A stretch of 64,000 nucleotides of DNA from an uncultured Desulfosporosinus sp. (GTDB taxonomy: Bacteria > Bacillota > Desulfitobacteriia > Desulfitobacteriales > Desulfitobacteriaceae), in contig CAKMJS010000060.1 of assembly GCA_927405585.1 (NCBI GenBank), positions 14,883 through 78,882 on the forward strand, in the 5' to 3' direction. The position numbers were made by a program, and so were the translations under genes. The notes beneath the pieces were generated by a model, which did no database searches, was not told where the DNA came from, and worked only from the letters and a program-made list of their open reading frames with translations. Position 1 is the stretch's first letter. Each line of letters begins with the position of its first letter. This document shows, piece after piece, positions 63,744-64,000 of this stretch.

Positions 63744-64000
63744 CTATTCCAAATTCAGCCGTTTGCTTAAAATATAATTGGTTACAGCGAAGTAAGCTGC
63801 ACATAGAAGTCCGGTAAAAATAATCCCATAGGCAATCATCAGTTGAATTACCGACTGTAGGCCAATTAACTCATTGACAGAAGAGATATGGATATTATTT
63901 GTGAAAAAGATGTCTCCAGGGATCATTCCAAGGAGTGAGAAAAGGATTTGGGAAAGCGTACTAAGGACAATGAAGGCTCCAAAGGAGGCCAACATTTTAC
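63744..64000 (-). CDS. 3' end of a probable ABC transporter permease (partial, continues beyond the window)
   Basis: Hydrophobic helices ending YILSKRLNLE. Confidence 0.65.
   Translation of the reverse strand, partial: KMLASFGAFIVLSTLSQILFSLLGMIPGDIFFTNNIHISSVNELIGLQSVIQLMIAYGIIFTGLLCAAYFAVTNYILSKRLNLE

Noticed and set aside
1-64000. tRNA, rRNA, transposase, integrase or prophage genes
   Set aside because: No recognisable signatures on reading either strand; a tRNAscan/Infernal run would be needed to exclude them formally.

Overview
This is a low-GC Firmicute chromosomal accessory region. The CWB2 cell-wall proteins, hgcAB and corrinoid modules suggest a Desulfosporosinus/Desulfitobacterium-like anaerobe (inference). 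I saw no rRNA, tRNA, CRISPR array, transposase, integrase or reverse transcriptase. Main blocks: (1) 0.2-16 kb, a cell-envelope island with three paralogous lipoproteins, lemA-DUF2207, PrsW, two CWB2 surface proteins (one ending in a DUF1566/CLec-like domain) and an orphan AgrC-like kinase. Six genes share a conserved 34-bp direct-repeat box (21-bp period) at near-fixed spacing from a -10 element, probably a LytTR regulon. (2) 16-27 kb, signalling genes, SAM methyltransferases, a Cys-less desulfurase-like enzyme and an EamA transporter. (3) 27-34 kb, an arsR-hgcA-hgcB mercury-methylation operon with a visible operator, converging on a corrinoid methyltransferase module whose last gene (CobW-like) is broken at the junction. 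(4) 34-48 kb, RecD2/NUDIX, a diguanylate cyclase, a MocR-GNAT divergon, an operon with a long hairpin leader, and gene scars. (5) 48-60 kb, a TetR-associated acyl-CoA ligase/Liv-type ABC/FabG/atypical FabH cluster. (6) 60-64 kb, an NHL-repeat protein, an AI-2E transporter and a partial permease. Family assignments come from recognised motifs, not database searches.
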